Assembly (NCBI GenBank): GCA_963692865.2
Contig: OY843592.1
Location: forward strand, 1,792,001 to 1,856,000
Direction of reading: 5' to 3'
Length of the DNA: 64,000 nt
Source: a bacterium
Lineage (GTDB): Bacteria > UBA8248
A program made the translations under genes and the position numbers. The notes below the pieces were generated by a model, which was not told where the DNA came from, did not search any database, and saw only the letters and a list, made by a program, of their open reading frames with translations. Of the stretch, positions 20,172 through 29,462 are shown piece after piece (within the stretch, counting starts at the first letter, position 1; each line of letters starts with the position of its first letter).

Positions 20172-21038
20172 ATGGTTTATGCCCAGATTCTGATTAACAG
20201 CATTCTCTTGGGGGGTATCTACGCCTGCATCGCGGTCGGTTTCTCGCTCGTCTGGGGCGTGATGAACATCCTGAACATTCTGCACGGCACGTTCTTGATG
20301 CTGGGCGGCTACGTTACGTTCTGGATGTTCAAACTCTACGGCGTGGACCCGTTCTTGTCCCTTCCGCTCTCCGCCGTCTCCATGTTCTGCGCGGGCTACG
20401 CGGTGCAGCGCGGGCTGATCAACAAAATCGTACGCGCGCCCATGTTCATGTCCCTGATTCTCACCTTCGGCCTTCAGTTGCTCGTCGTGAGGTTGGCGAT
20501 ATATTTCTTCACCGGCGATTTCAGGTCGGTTCAGCCCTCCTATGCGGGTTTTTCCATTCCTTTCATGGGTCTTTCCATACCCTTCGTCCGTATTTCGATA
20601 TTCGTGCTGGGTGTTCTTCTTACGAGCATTCTCTTCTGGTTTATGGGGCGTACACGCACGGGCCGGGCCATACGCGCGACGCGGATGGATTTGGACTCCG
20701 CCCAGTTGATGGGCGTCGACATCGGCAGAATCTACGCCATCACGTATGGACTCGGCGCGGCCGCCGCGGCCACTTCGGGTTCCCTCGTGAGCGTGGGTTT
20801 CGCCATATCGCCGGTGAGCGATGTGGAGTTCCTCTCGAAATCCTTCATCATCTGCACCATCGGGGGCCTGGGGAACATCACGGGTGCGCTTGCGGGGGGG
20901 CTGATCCTGGGCCTCGCCGAGAATTTCGGCGCCCTTTATCTCGGCCCCGGTCTGCAGAATGCCATCGGCTACGTGCTCTTGATTCTGGTGCTCTTCATCA
21001 AGCCGTCGGGCCTGCTGGGCAGAAAGGGTTTCGAATAG
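20172..21038 (+). CDS. Branched-chain amino acid-type ABC permease (LivH-like)
   Basis: 'GFSLVWGVMNILNILHG', 'TGRAIRA', 'IGGLGNITGA', 'KPSGLLG'. Confidence 0.9.
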   Translation: MVYAQILINSILLGGIYACIAVGFSLVWGVMNILNILHGTFLMLGGYVTFWMFKLYGVDPFLSLPLSAVSMFCAGYAVQRGLINKIVRAPMFMSLILTFGLQLLVVRLAIYFFTGDFRSVQPSYAGFSIPFMGLSIPFVRISIFVLGVLLTSILFWFMGRTRTGRAIRATRMDLDSAQLMGVDIGRIYAITYGLGAAAAATSGSLVSVGFAISPVSDVEFLSKSFIICTIGGLGNITGALAGGLILGLAENFGALYLGPGLQNAIGYVLLILVLFIKPSGLLGRKGFE

Positions 21039-21039
21039 C

Positions 21040-22023
21040 ATGTTCAGGCCCTGGTCCCACATTCAATGGTTCGGCATGGGAGCGGGCGTGCTCGCCCTCA
21101 TTCTCCTGCCCTCGTTCGTGGAAAACGACGAGATCAGGAAGTGGATGGACATCCTGATGGTGGCCATTCTGGCGATAAGCTGGAATTTCATCGGCGGATT
21201 GACGGGTTATCCCTCCTTCGCGTCGGCCGCCTTTTTCGGGCTGGGGGCCTACACGACGGCCATCCTCATGAACGCAGGCTTCAATTTCTTCATCACGCTG
21301 GGGATCGGCGCGTGCTTCGGCGCTCTCGTGGCGCTTGCCCTGGGCGTTCCCATATTGAGACTGAGGGGCCACTACTTCGCGATCGCCACCTTTGGCGTGG
21401 CGGAATTCTTCCGCGAACTCGCGGATAACCTGCGCATCACCGGCGGGGGAGACGGGATCAACCTTCCACAGATAACGGGTGGCCCGGATTACTTCACGCG
21501 CTTTTTCTACTTCTCCATGCTCGGGGTGGCCGTGCTCGCGGTCTTGACGCAGTACTTCGTCACGCGCCATCGACTGGGCTATGGCCTCGTCGCCATCCGC
21601 GAGAACGAGGACGCGGCGGCCATGACGGGCGTGGATACGACGAAATACAAAATCATCGCCTTCGTGCTCTCTTCCATTTTCCCCGCTATGGGAGGCGGCG
21701 TATACGCCTACCGCGCCGCGTTTCTGGAGCCCATTGATGTTTTCGACGTCTTGTTCTCCATCAAGGCGATTGTGATGTCGATGCTTGGCGGGGTGGGTAC
21801 GGTGATGGGCCCGCTTGTGGGCGCGTTGATGATGGAATACCTGTCGGATTACCTCTGGGGGGCGTTCACGGAATTTCACAGCGCGTTTTTGGGAATCATC
21901 ATCGTGCTGGTCGTCTTGTTCCTGCCGCGCGGCTTGATGGCCGTCTCCCAGGAGGTGAAAAGCCGTGGATGGGGGTCTTTGGGAGTAATTCTCAAGAGCA
22001 ACATACAAAGGTTCAAGGTGTGA
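21040..22023 (+). CDS. Branched-chain amino acid-type ABC permease (LivM-like)
   Basis: 'LRLRGHYFAIAT', 'AIRENEDAA', 'LGGVGTVMGP', 'LPRGL'. Confidence 0.9.
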   Translation: MFRPWSHIQWFGMGAGVLALILLPSFVENDEIRKWMDILMVAILAISWNFIGGLTGYPSFASAAFFGLGAYTTAILMNAGFNFFITLGIGACFGALVALALGVPILRLRGHYFAIATFGVAEFFRELADNLRITGGGDGINLPQITGGPDYFTRFFYFSMLGVAVLAVLTQYFVTRHRLGYGLVAIRENEDAAAMTGVDTTKYKIIAFVLSSIFPAMGGGVYAYRAAFLEPIDVFDVLFSIKAIVMSMLGGVGTVMGPLVGALMMEYLSDYLWGAFTEFHSAFLGIIIVLVVLFLPRGLMAVSQEVKSRGWGSLGVILKSNIQRFKV

Positions 22024-22787
22024 GCGAAACTCTTTTGGAAGGCAAGAGCGTCACGAAGCGCTTCGGTGGACTCACTGCCGTTTCAGCGGTGGATTTCACC
22101 GTGCGCAAGGGGGAGATTCTCGGCGTCATCGGTCCCAACGGCGCGGGGAAGACGACGCTGCTCAATTGCATCACGGGCCTCGACCCGGCGAACGAGGGCG
22201 AGATTCTCTTTCGCGGAGAGCGCATCGAAACCTTGAAACCACACTCGATCACGCGAAAGGGAATCGCCCGGACGTTTCAGATCGTCCAGCCTTTCGCGGG
22301 CCTTGCGGTACGCGAGAACGTCGTGATGGGCGCGCTGTTCGGCTCCCGGAAATCGAAAAAGGAAGTGAAGCTCGCCCAGGAACTCGCGGATGACATGCTG
22401 GCGTTCGTGGGGTTGAGCGATAAGGCCGCGCAACTCGCCTCCCAGCTTACGCTCGCCGAGAGAAAACGTCTGGAATTCGCCAAATCCCTGGCCACGGAGC
22501 CGGAAGTGCTGCTTCTCGACGAGGTGAACGCCGGTCTCAACACGACGGAAATCGAGAACGCCATTTCCCTCATCCACAAGGTGAGAGAGCAGGGCGTGAC
22601 CATCCTGGTGATCGAGCATTTGATGAAGGTGATCACGGACCTCTCGGATCGCGTCCTCGTCCTGCATCACGGGGAGAAGATAGCGGAAGGCTTGCCGCGC
22701 GAGGTGACGAGCGATGAGCAGGTTATCAAGGCCTATCTGGGCGAAAAATACGTTGCGATGATGAAAAAGCTGGATGAGGAGTCCTAG
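22020..22787 (+). CDS. ABC ATPase (LivG-like)
   Basis: Walker A GPNGAGKT, 'GIARTFQ', 'LLLDE'; GTG start overlaps the upstream stop. Confidence 0.9.
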   Translation: MSETLLEGKSVTKRFGGLTAVSAVDFTVRKGEILGVIGPNGAGKTTLLNCITGLDPANEGEILFRGERIETLKPHSITRKGIARTFQIVQPFAGLAVRENVVMGALFGSRKSKKEVKLAQELADDMLAFVGLSDKAAQLASQLTLAERKRLEFAKSLATEPEVLLLDEVNAGLNTTEIENAISLIHKVREQGVTILVIEHLMKVITDLSDRVLVLHHGEKIAEGLPREVTSDEQVIKAYLGEKYVAMMKKLDEES

Positions 22788-22788
22788 C

Positions 22789-23529
22789 GTGGCGGCGCAT
22801 GAATCTCAAAACGGAACGAGCCTCCTGGAGGTGAGCGGCCTGGCGGGCGGGTATGATGACGTTCAGGTTCTGTGGGGGATCGATCTGCGCGTGGACGAAG
22901 GTGAGATAGTCGCCATCGTCGGCAGCAACGGCGTCGGCAAGTCCACGTTTCTGCGAATGCTCTCGGGCGTGCGCCCTCACCGGGCGGGAACAATGACGCT
23001 CGACGGTGAGTCAATCGAGGGAATGGCGCCGGAGGGCATCGTCGCCAAAGGGATTTCCCATGTGCCCGAGGGCCGCAGGCTCTTCGCAGCGATGAGCGTG
23101 GAGGAGAATCTCCTGATGGGCGCTTATGCGCGGAAAATGGCCGATCAGGAACTGGCGGCGGATTTGGAGAGGGTGTACGGGTTTTTCCCGCGGCTGGCGG
23201 AGCGGAAATCCCAGCTTGCAGGGAGCATGTCCGGCGGTGAGCAGCAGATGTGCGCGATCGCCCGGGGGTTGATGGCGCGCCCCAGGCTGCTCCTGATCGA
23301 CGAACTCTCCCTGGGCCTTGCGCCCAGGCTGGTGGAGGAATTGTGTGGTTTCGTCCGGCAGATAAACGAGGAGGGCGTCGCCATCATCCTGGTCGAGCAG
23401 GATGTGCTCACCGCGTTCGAGCTCGCGAGGCGGGCCTATGTTTTCGAAACCGGGCGCGTAACGATCTCCGGCACTTCGGATGAGCTTCTGGCGAATCCGC
23501 AGGTGAAGAAGGCGTATCTGGGCATGTAG
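22789..23529 (+). CDS. ABC ATPase (LivF-like)
   Basis: GSNGVGKS, 'HVPEGRRLF', 'MSGGEQQM', 'SLGLAP'. Confidence 0.9.
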   Translation: MAAHESQNGTSLLEVSGLAGGYDDVQVLWGIDLRVDEGEIVAIVGSNGVGKSTFLRMLSGVRPHRAGTMTLDGESIEGMAPEGIVAKGISHVPEGRRLFAAMSVEENLLMGAYARKMADQELAADLERVYGFFPRLAERKSQLAGSMSGGEQQMCAIARGLMARPRLLLIDELSLGLAPRLVEELCGFVRQINEEGVAIILVEQDVLTAFELARRAYVFETGRVTISGTSDELLANPQVKKAYLGM

Positions 23530-23626
23530 CCCGTTTTCATATACTCTGTCTGGAATCAACTTGTATGAATATTGTGTGAGAACCGAAGACGGAAGAGGTA
23601 GCACTCAACCATTGAGGAGGCAGGTC

Positions 23627-24835
23627 ATGAGAAGGCGTAAATTGTTGTTTCTCATCGCAGCAATCTTGTTTGTCTCTTTCGGCGTGACGGGTCTGCAGGG
23701 GCTGGACGGCGCCCAGGCGGCTGAGATCAAGTTCGGCGCCGCCTTGCCGCTCACTGGGCCGCTCGCCACCGAGGGAAAAAAGCAGCAGGCGGGCTATGAA
23801 ATCTGGCGCGAGCGCGTCAACAAGGCGGGCGGCATCAACGTGGGCGGCAAGAAGATGAAGGTGAAGATCGTCTACTACGACTACGAGAGCAAGACGCCGA
23901 CGGCCACCAAGCTCGCCGAGCGGCTCATTACCAAGGAAAAGGTAGACCTCCTCCTTGGCCCGTTCGGTAGCGGAGCGACGAAATCCGTCGCCGCTATCAC
24001 GGAGCGTTATCAGGTGCCCCTCATCGCGCCCGTGGCGAGTTCGGAGCCGATTTTCGACCAAGGCTACAAATACCTATTCGGCCTTCTGGCGCCGAACGCG
24101 TATTTGCCGAACAACTTCCTGACGCTCTTGAAAGAGCAAAAGCCGAAGCCCAAGACCATCGCGTTCGTGACGCGCAACGACTTCTTCCCGCGCGCCGTCA
24201 CGAGGATGATTAGAGCAGCGGCGAAAAAACAAGGATTCACGGACGTCTACTACGCCGAGTTTCCGAAGGATTCGAAGGATATGTCCACCTGGCTCACGAT
24301 CGTGAAGGGCAAGAATCCAGACGTTCTCATGGTGGCCGGCTATCTTCCCGACACCCTACTCGCCACAAAGCAGGCGAACGAGTTGGGCGTGAAGCCCAAA
24401 ATCCTGTTCACCATGGTGGGTCCGGTCTACGCGCAGTTCACGGAATCGCTCGGCGCCACGGCCAACAACATCCTGACAGCCGCATGGTGGGGCGAGGCGC
24501 TTGAATACAAGGGCGACTTCATCGGCTCGGCGCGGGATTTCGGAAAGATCTGGCGCGCCAAGTTCAAGCAGGAGCCGGACTACGTCGCCGCGGCGTCGAC
24601 GGCCGCGGGCATCGTCGCCCAGAAGGCCATCGAGGCGGCGGGCACGCTGGACAAGAAGAAGGTTCGCGACGCCATTGCGAACACTAATTTGAAAACTTTC
24701 TTCGGCCCCGTGAAGTTCGACAAGCTCAACATGAACGCGGCCAGCGCCATCGTTTTGTTCCAGGTGCAGGACGGAAAACGCAAGACGGTGGGTCCGAAGA
24801 GCGTGGCGAACGCGAAATTTAGGTTTCCAAGATAG
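23627..24835 (+). CDS. LIV-type ABC substrate-binding protein
   Basis: GAGGAG RBS, signal peptide, 'GAALPLTG', 'NKAGGI', 'LLGPFGSG'. Confidence 0.88.
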   Translation: MRRRKLLFLIAAILFVSFGVTGLQGLDGAQAAEIKFGAALPLTGPLATEGKKQQAGYEIWRERVNKAGGINVGGKKMKVKIVYYDYESKTPTATKLAERLITKEKVDLLLGPFGSGATKSVAAITERYQVPLIAPVASSEPIFDQGYKYLFGLLAPNAYLPNNFLTLLKEQKPKPKTIAFVTRNDFFPRAVTRMIRAAAKKQGFTDVYYAEFPKDSKDMSTWLTIVKGKNPDVLMVAGYLPDTLLATKQANELGVKPKILFTMVGPVYAQFTESLGATANNILTAAWWGEALEYKGDFIGSARDFGKIWRAKFKQEPDYVAAASTAAGIVAQKAIEAAGTLDKKKVRDAIANTNLKTFFGPVKFDKLNMNAASAIVLFQVQDGKRKTVGPKSVANAKFRFPR

Positions 24836-24906
24836 TTTTTAAGCCAGTTTCAGGAACGTCGCCGAGATTGAGGCAGCGTTCTTGAGCCAGGCTTTGTGGG
24901 GGGTTC

Positions 24907-25704
24907 ATGCCGACGATCCGCCAGTTGGCCGATGATGAGGTGTCCGAGGCGGCGCGAGAACTCGTAGAACGCGTCAAGACGCGCGAGAAGCGCGTATTCG
25001 GCATCGATACGCTCTCGAACATCTGGCGGTCGATGACCCACCATCCCGAATACATGGAGGCGAGTTGGGAGCGTTCGCGCGCCACCATGCAGCGCGGGGA
25101 CGCGCCGCCTCTGGTGAAGGAGATGGTCGCCTCGGCGGTTTCCATCGTCAATGCGTGTGGATACTGAATCGACTCTCACATCGCCGCGGTCATGCGGATG
25201 GGGGTCGATGAGGCGGGTATCACGGAGTTGATCGGCTTGACGGATCATGTTTCGGGAATGAACAAGGTCGCCTTCGGTCTTTTGTTGGAGGATGAGGATA
25301 CGCCGTCTCTTCTGCCTTATCCGGAAGAAGATAAGATCAACCCGGTCGTACGGGACCTGATGGGTGAGGTGGCGGAGGTGGAATCAGCGCGTCTGGGTGA
25401 AGACGGCGTTCCGCGCTACTGGCGCTGTCTGGCGCGAAACCGCCATTATTTCGAATCCACGTGGAACAAGCACAAGCTCATGCTCGATGGAGGCGTTCTC
25501 GAAAAACATGCCAAAGCGGCGGTTGGTTTCGGCGTGAGCGTCACGAACGGCTCCAGGTATTTCATACGGTATTTCCATGCTTATCTGGTGAATCTGGGCT
25601 GGGACCCTGGGCGAATCCTCGAAATTCTCGGGGTGGTGGATCACTACAACAGCTTCAACGCCCTGGCGACGGGAATGCAGATCGAATCGGACATCAGGCC
25701 ATGA
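24907..25704 (+). CDS. AhpD/CMD-family selenoprotein (CxxU; in-frame TGA at 25165-25167), 265 aa
   Basis: ORFs 24907..25167 and 25192..25704 are in the same frame. Read-through gives KEMVASAVSIVNA-C-G-Y-U-IDSH, the AhpD E-x..-CxxC-xxx-H motif with TGA at the second Cys. A hairpin follows immediately. Confidence 0.85.
25168..25209 (+). promoter_or_regulatory. Candidate bacterial SECIS hairpin
   Basis: ATCGACTCT..CAT..CCGC-GGTCAT-GCGG-ATG-GGGGTCGAT directly 3' of the UGA; ATCGAC/GTCGAT and CCGC/GCGG stems; apical loop begins with G. Confidence 0.7.
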
Positions 25705-25779
25705 TCCGAGAAGCGCTTGGGATGAATGCCGGGTGGTCGCGGCATATGACGAAGCGAGTTTTTTAGAATAGAGCTGAAG

Positions 25780-26634
25780 ATGGAATTTTTACGCGCTGGA
25801 TCGGTGGATGAAGCGTTGGCGGCTGCTCGCGATGGCGCCGCATTCGTCGCGGGCGGTACGAACCTAGTGCCGGACGTGCTTTTTGAGCGCAAGAAAATAG
25901 CGCGCGCGGTGGACATCAGCCGTCTCGATGAGCTTCGTTTCATCGAGGAGGCGGGCGGAAAAATCAGAATCGGTGCGCTGGCGAATGTCACGGATTTGCT
26001 GGAATCTGAACTGATACGCACGGCCGCCTCGCCTTTGTACGAGAGCACTCTCGAATTCGCGGGTCCTCTGGTGAGAAACCGCGCGAGCGTGGCGGGCAAC
26101 CTCATGGATGCCTCGCCCGCCGCCGATTTGGCGCCTCCCCTGCTGGCGCAGGATGCCGTCGTCGAATTGGCCTCGGCGGAGGGCGAACGCAACTTACCGC
26201 TTTCGGAATTTTTCTTGGATTACAGAAAAACGGCCGCGCGTACGGAAGAACTCATGACGGCCATTGTCCTTGAACCGCTGGGGACGAGCGATCGTTGCGC
26301 TTATTATAAATTACAACTCAGGCGCGCGATGGCCATCGCCGTCGTGGGCGTTGCGGTCGTTCTTCGGATGGAAGGAGACGTTTGTGCGGAGGCCGCCGTC
26401 AGCCTGGGGGCGGTGGCCGCGGTGCCGTATCGCGCGCACGCGGCGGAGGCGTGTCTGCGTGGCAAGGAAGTTGGGGAAGCTGAAATCGAGGCGGCGGCTG
26501 AGGCAGCGAAAGATAGTGCCCGTCCTATTGACGATGTGCGGGCGAGTGCGGCGTACCGGAAGAAAATGTGCGGCGTGCTGGTCCGCCGTTTGCTCAGGAA
26601 AGCGCTGGGAATGCCGCAACCCGCGGTTGTGTGA
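25780..26634 (+). CDS. XDH/CoxM-family FAD-binding subunit
   Basis: 'AGGTNL', 'VRNRASVAGNLMDASPAAD', 'PIDDVRASAAYR'. Confidence 0.9.
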   Translation: MEFLRAGSVDEALAAARDGAAFVAGGTNLVPDVLFERKKIARAVDISRLDELRFIEEAGGKIRIGALANVTDLLESELIRTAASPLYESTLEFAGPLVRNRASVAGNLMDASPAADLAPPLLAQDAVVELASAEGERNLPLSEFFLDYRKTAARTEELMTAIVLEPLGTSDRCAYYKLQLRRAMAIAVVGVAVVLRMEGDVCAEAAVSLGAVAAVPYRAHAAEACLRGKEVGEAEIEAAAEAAKDSARPIDDVRASAAYRKKMCGVLVRRLLRKALGMPQPAVV

Positions 26635-26649
26635 TGAATAATTTGGGTC

Positions 26650-27147
26650 ATGGGTGAGCAGACAATGAGTGCTTATGCAATCAAATTGCGCGTGAACGGA
26701 AAGGACGAAACCCTCGCCGTGCGGGGGGATGAGACGCTCCTGCGCGCTCTCAGGCGGATTGGCTACGTCGAGGTGAAACTCAGTTGCGAGGGGGGCGATT
26801 GCGGCGCGTGCGCTATTTTGCTAGACGGCGTGGCCGTGAACGCCTGCCTCATGTTCGCCGCGCAGGCGGACGGCTCGGAGATCACCACCGTGCGCGGTAT
26901 CGGAACGGAAGACGACCTCCACCCGGTACAGGAACAGCTCATCGAAAAAGGAGGCGTACAGTGCGGTTTCTGCACGCCGGGAATCGTCGTATCGGCGAAG
27001 GCGCTTCTGGATGAGAACGCTGCGCCCACGCGCGAGGACATACAACGCGGCCTCGCCGGAAACCTTTGCCGCTGCACGGGCTATAAGAAGATTTTCGAGG
27101 CTGTATCGGCGGCAGCCCGGCAGATGAAGGAAGGAGGCGACTCATGA
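26650..27147 (+). CDS. XDH/CoxS-family 2x[2Fe-2S] subunit
   Basis: 'CEGGDCGAC...C', 'QCGFCTPG', 'NLCRCTGY'. Confidence 0.92.
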   Translation: MGEQTMSAYAIKLRVNGKDETLAVRGDETLLRALRRIGYVEVKLSCEGGDCGACAILLDGVAVNACLMFAAQADGSEITTVRGIGTEDDLHPVQEQLIEKGGVQCGFCTPGIVVSAKALLDENAAPTREDIQRGLAGNLCRCTGYKKIFEAVSAAARQMKEGGDS

Positions 27148-29414
27148 GCACGCGCATCGTCGGCCGGCCTCATCCCATCATCGACGCCGTGGAGAAAGTC
27201 TCGGGCGCCACGGTTTTCATCAACGATCTGGAGCTTCCGGGCGCGCTGACTGGCATGGCGCTCAGGAGCCCCCATCCCCACGCCAGGATTTTGAACCTCG
27301 ACGCCTCGGACGCGGAGCGCTTGGCCGGCGTCGCCGTCGTTTTGTCGAAAAACAACACGCCGAACGCTCCTTTCGGCATCAACCACAAGGATGAGGCCGC
27401 GTTCTGCCGCGAGAAAGTCCGCTACCTGGGGGATGAAGTCGCCGCCGTGGCGGCCGTGGACGAGGAGACGGCGCGCGAGGCGCTCTCGCTCATTCGCGTG
27501 GAATATGAAGTTCTGCCCACGGTTGCGGATCCTTTCGCGGCGCAGGAGCCGGATGCGCCTCTCGTCCACGATTCCGTCGCCGGCAACATCGCGAACGAGT
27601 TTCACATCAAACGCGGCGAAATAGACGAGGCGTTTGATAAGGCGGATGCGGTGTTCGCGGACGAGTTCCACACCCATCTCGCGCACCAAGCCTATATCGA
27701 GCCCACTGGCTGTGCGGCTCAGTGGCATCCCGACGGGAAAATCTCCGTCTGGGGCTGTCTGCAGTCGGTGTTTTTGATTCGCACCTTCATGCTCGCGCCC
27801 GTCATGGGCAAGTCTCCCGATGATTTCCGCGTGACGCAGACCAAGCCGGGCGGCGCCTTCGGCGGCAAGCTGGACGTGAAGGCGGCTCTCATGGCGGCGA
27901 TGCTGAGCCGGGCGGCGGAAAAGCCGGTCAGATTCATGATGAGCCTCGAAGAAGACCTGATCGCCATGCGCCCCAGGATGCCGGTGCACATCTCCCTGGA
28001 GTCCGCCTGGAAGCGCGACGGAACGCTCGCGGGCAAGCGCGTCAGGATCGTGGCGGAAAACGGCGCCTACAGTTCGCTGTCGCCCGCCATCATGAGCTCC
28101 ATCGCGCTCAGGACGGACAATCTCTACAAGACGCCCGCCGCCGAGATTCAGGGAAAACTCGCCTACACGAACATCATCCCCTCGGGCCAGATGCGGGGGT
28201 TCGGCAACGTGCAGGCGACGTACGCCTGGGAGAGCCATCTCGACAACGTGGCCGACGGCCTGGGCCTGGATCCGGCCGATCTTCGCCTCAGGAACTACAC
28301 CGAAAAAGGCGACGTCTCGCTCCACGGCTGGAAAATCGCGAGTTGCGCCGTGGCCGACGCCACGAGGTACGTTGTCAGGGAGATGGACTGGAAAGCCAAG
28401 CGCGCCAGGGGAGGAAAAGGCCGCGGCGTGGGTCTCGCCAGTTGCATCCATGTTTCCGGGAATAAAGGTTTTTCGGTGGAGCTTGGCCCCGACGGCACCG
28501 ACCCATCTAGCGGCGTGGTTCGGGTGAATGAGGAGGGCAGGGTCGAAATCTGGTCGGGCGAGTCGGATCTGGGCCAGGGCGCCACCAGCGTGATGGCCTA
28601 CATCGCCTCCGAGGTCATGGGGATTCCCGTGGATCGGTTCAAGGTGCCGCCCACCGATACGGGCTACATGCCCTTCGGGATGGGCGCGTTCGCGAGCCGC
28701 ATCACCCTGATCGGCGGCAACGCCGTCAAGCTCGCCGCCGAGGACGCGCGGAGAAACCTCTTGGACGCCGCGGTGGAGTTCATGGAAATTCCGGCGGATG
28801 AACTCGAAATCGTGGAGGGCGATGTCCGGGCGAAGGCGCTCCCCGAGCGGAAGATGGCGGTGGGCGAGGTCGTCAGGCGGGCCGGAAGCGTGATCGAGGG
28901 CGAGGGGAAGTGGCTGGCAGGCGGAGACGTGCTCGACAAGGAGAAATACGGGAATCCCTCGACGACTTATTCCTTCAGCACCCACGGCGCCGAGGTGGAA
29001 GTGGACATGGAGACGGGCGTCGTCGATGTTCTGCGGATTTGCTGCGGCCACGATCCGGGCCGGGTGATCAACAGGCTGGGCGCGGAGGGCCAGGTCGAGG
29101 GCGGCGCGGTGCAGGGCATGAGCTACGCGATGATGGAGGGCCTGGCGCCGCTGGAGGGGCGTCTGCGCGGCAGGAATTTCCACGACTACCTCATCGCCAC
29201 CTCGATGGACGCCCCGCCCATAGAGCACGACTTCTTCGAGTCGATGGACCCTTACGGCCCCTACGGCGCGAAGGGGCTGGCCGAAGTGGCCATAAATCCG
29301 ATCACGGCGGCGATTTGCAACGCCGTCTATCACGCGACGGGCGGCGCGCGAATCCGCGCCCTGCCCGTCACCCCCGAGCGCGTACTCGAAGCCATCGAAG
29401 AAGCAAGGAAGTAA
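27144..29414 (+). CDS. XDH-family molybdopterin-binding subunit
   Basis: 'LRSPHPHARI', 'GGAFGGK', 'MRGFG', 'DLGQG', 'GQVEGG', 'GAKGLAE'. Confidence 0.92.
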   Translation: MSTRIVGRPHPIIDAVEKVSGATVFINDLELPGALTGMALRSPHPHARILNLDASDAERLAGVAVVLSKNNTPNAPFGINHKDEAAFCREKVRYLGDEVAAVAAVDEETAREALSLIRVEYEVLPTVADPFAAQEPDAPLVHDSVAGNIANEFHIKRGEIDEAFDKADAVFADEFHTHLAHQAYIEPTGCAAQWHPDGKISVWGCLQSVFLIRTFMLAPVMGKSPDDFRVTQTKPGGAFGGKLDVKAALMAAMLSRAAEKPVRFMMSLEEDLIAMRPRMPVHISLESAWKRDGTLAGKRVRIVAENGAYSSLSPAIMSSIALRTDNLYKTPAAEIQGKLAYTNIIPSGQMRGFGNVQATYAWESHLDNVADGLGLDPADLRLRNYTEKGDVSLHGWKIASCAVADATRYVVREMDWKAKRARGGKGRGVGLASCIHVSGNKGFSVELGPDGTDPSSGVVRVNEEGRVEIWSGESDLGQGATSVMAYIASEVMGIPVDRFKVPPTDTGYMPFGMGAFASRITLIGGNAVKLAAEDARRNLLDAAVEFMEIPADELEIVEGDVRAKALPERKMAVGEVVRRAGSVIEGEGKWLAGGDVLDKEKYGNPSTTYSFSTHGAEVEVDMETGVVDVLRICCGHDPGRVINRLGAEGQVEGGAVQGMSYAMMEGLAPLEGRLRGRNFHDYLIATSMDAPPIEHDFFESMDPYGPYGAKGLAEVAINPITAAICNAVYHATGGARIRALPVTPERVLEAIEEARK

Positions 29415-29462
29415 CGTACTGCCCGGTTTCCCGGAAATTCGCTCGAATCCCCAGGTGATGTC

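Noticed and set aside
25165-25167. Nonsense mutation/pseudogene reading of the AhpD TGA
   Set aside because: The stop coincides with the catalytic Cys column and is followed by a SECIS-like hairpin, so Sec is the simpler explanation.
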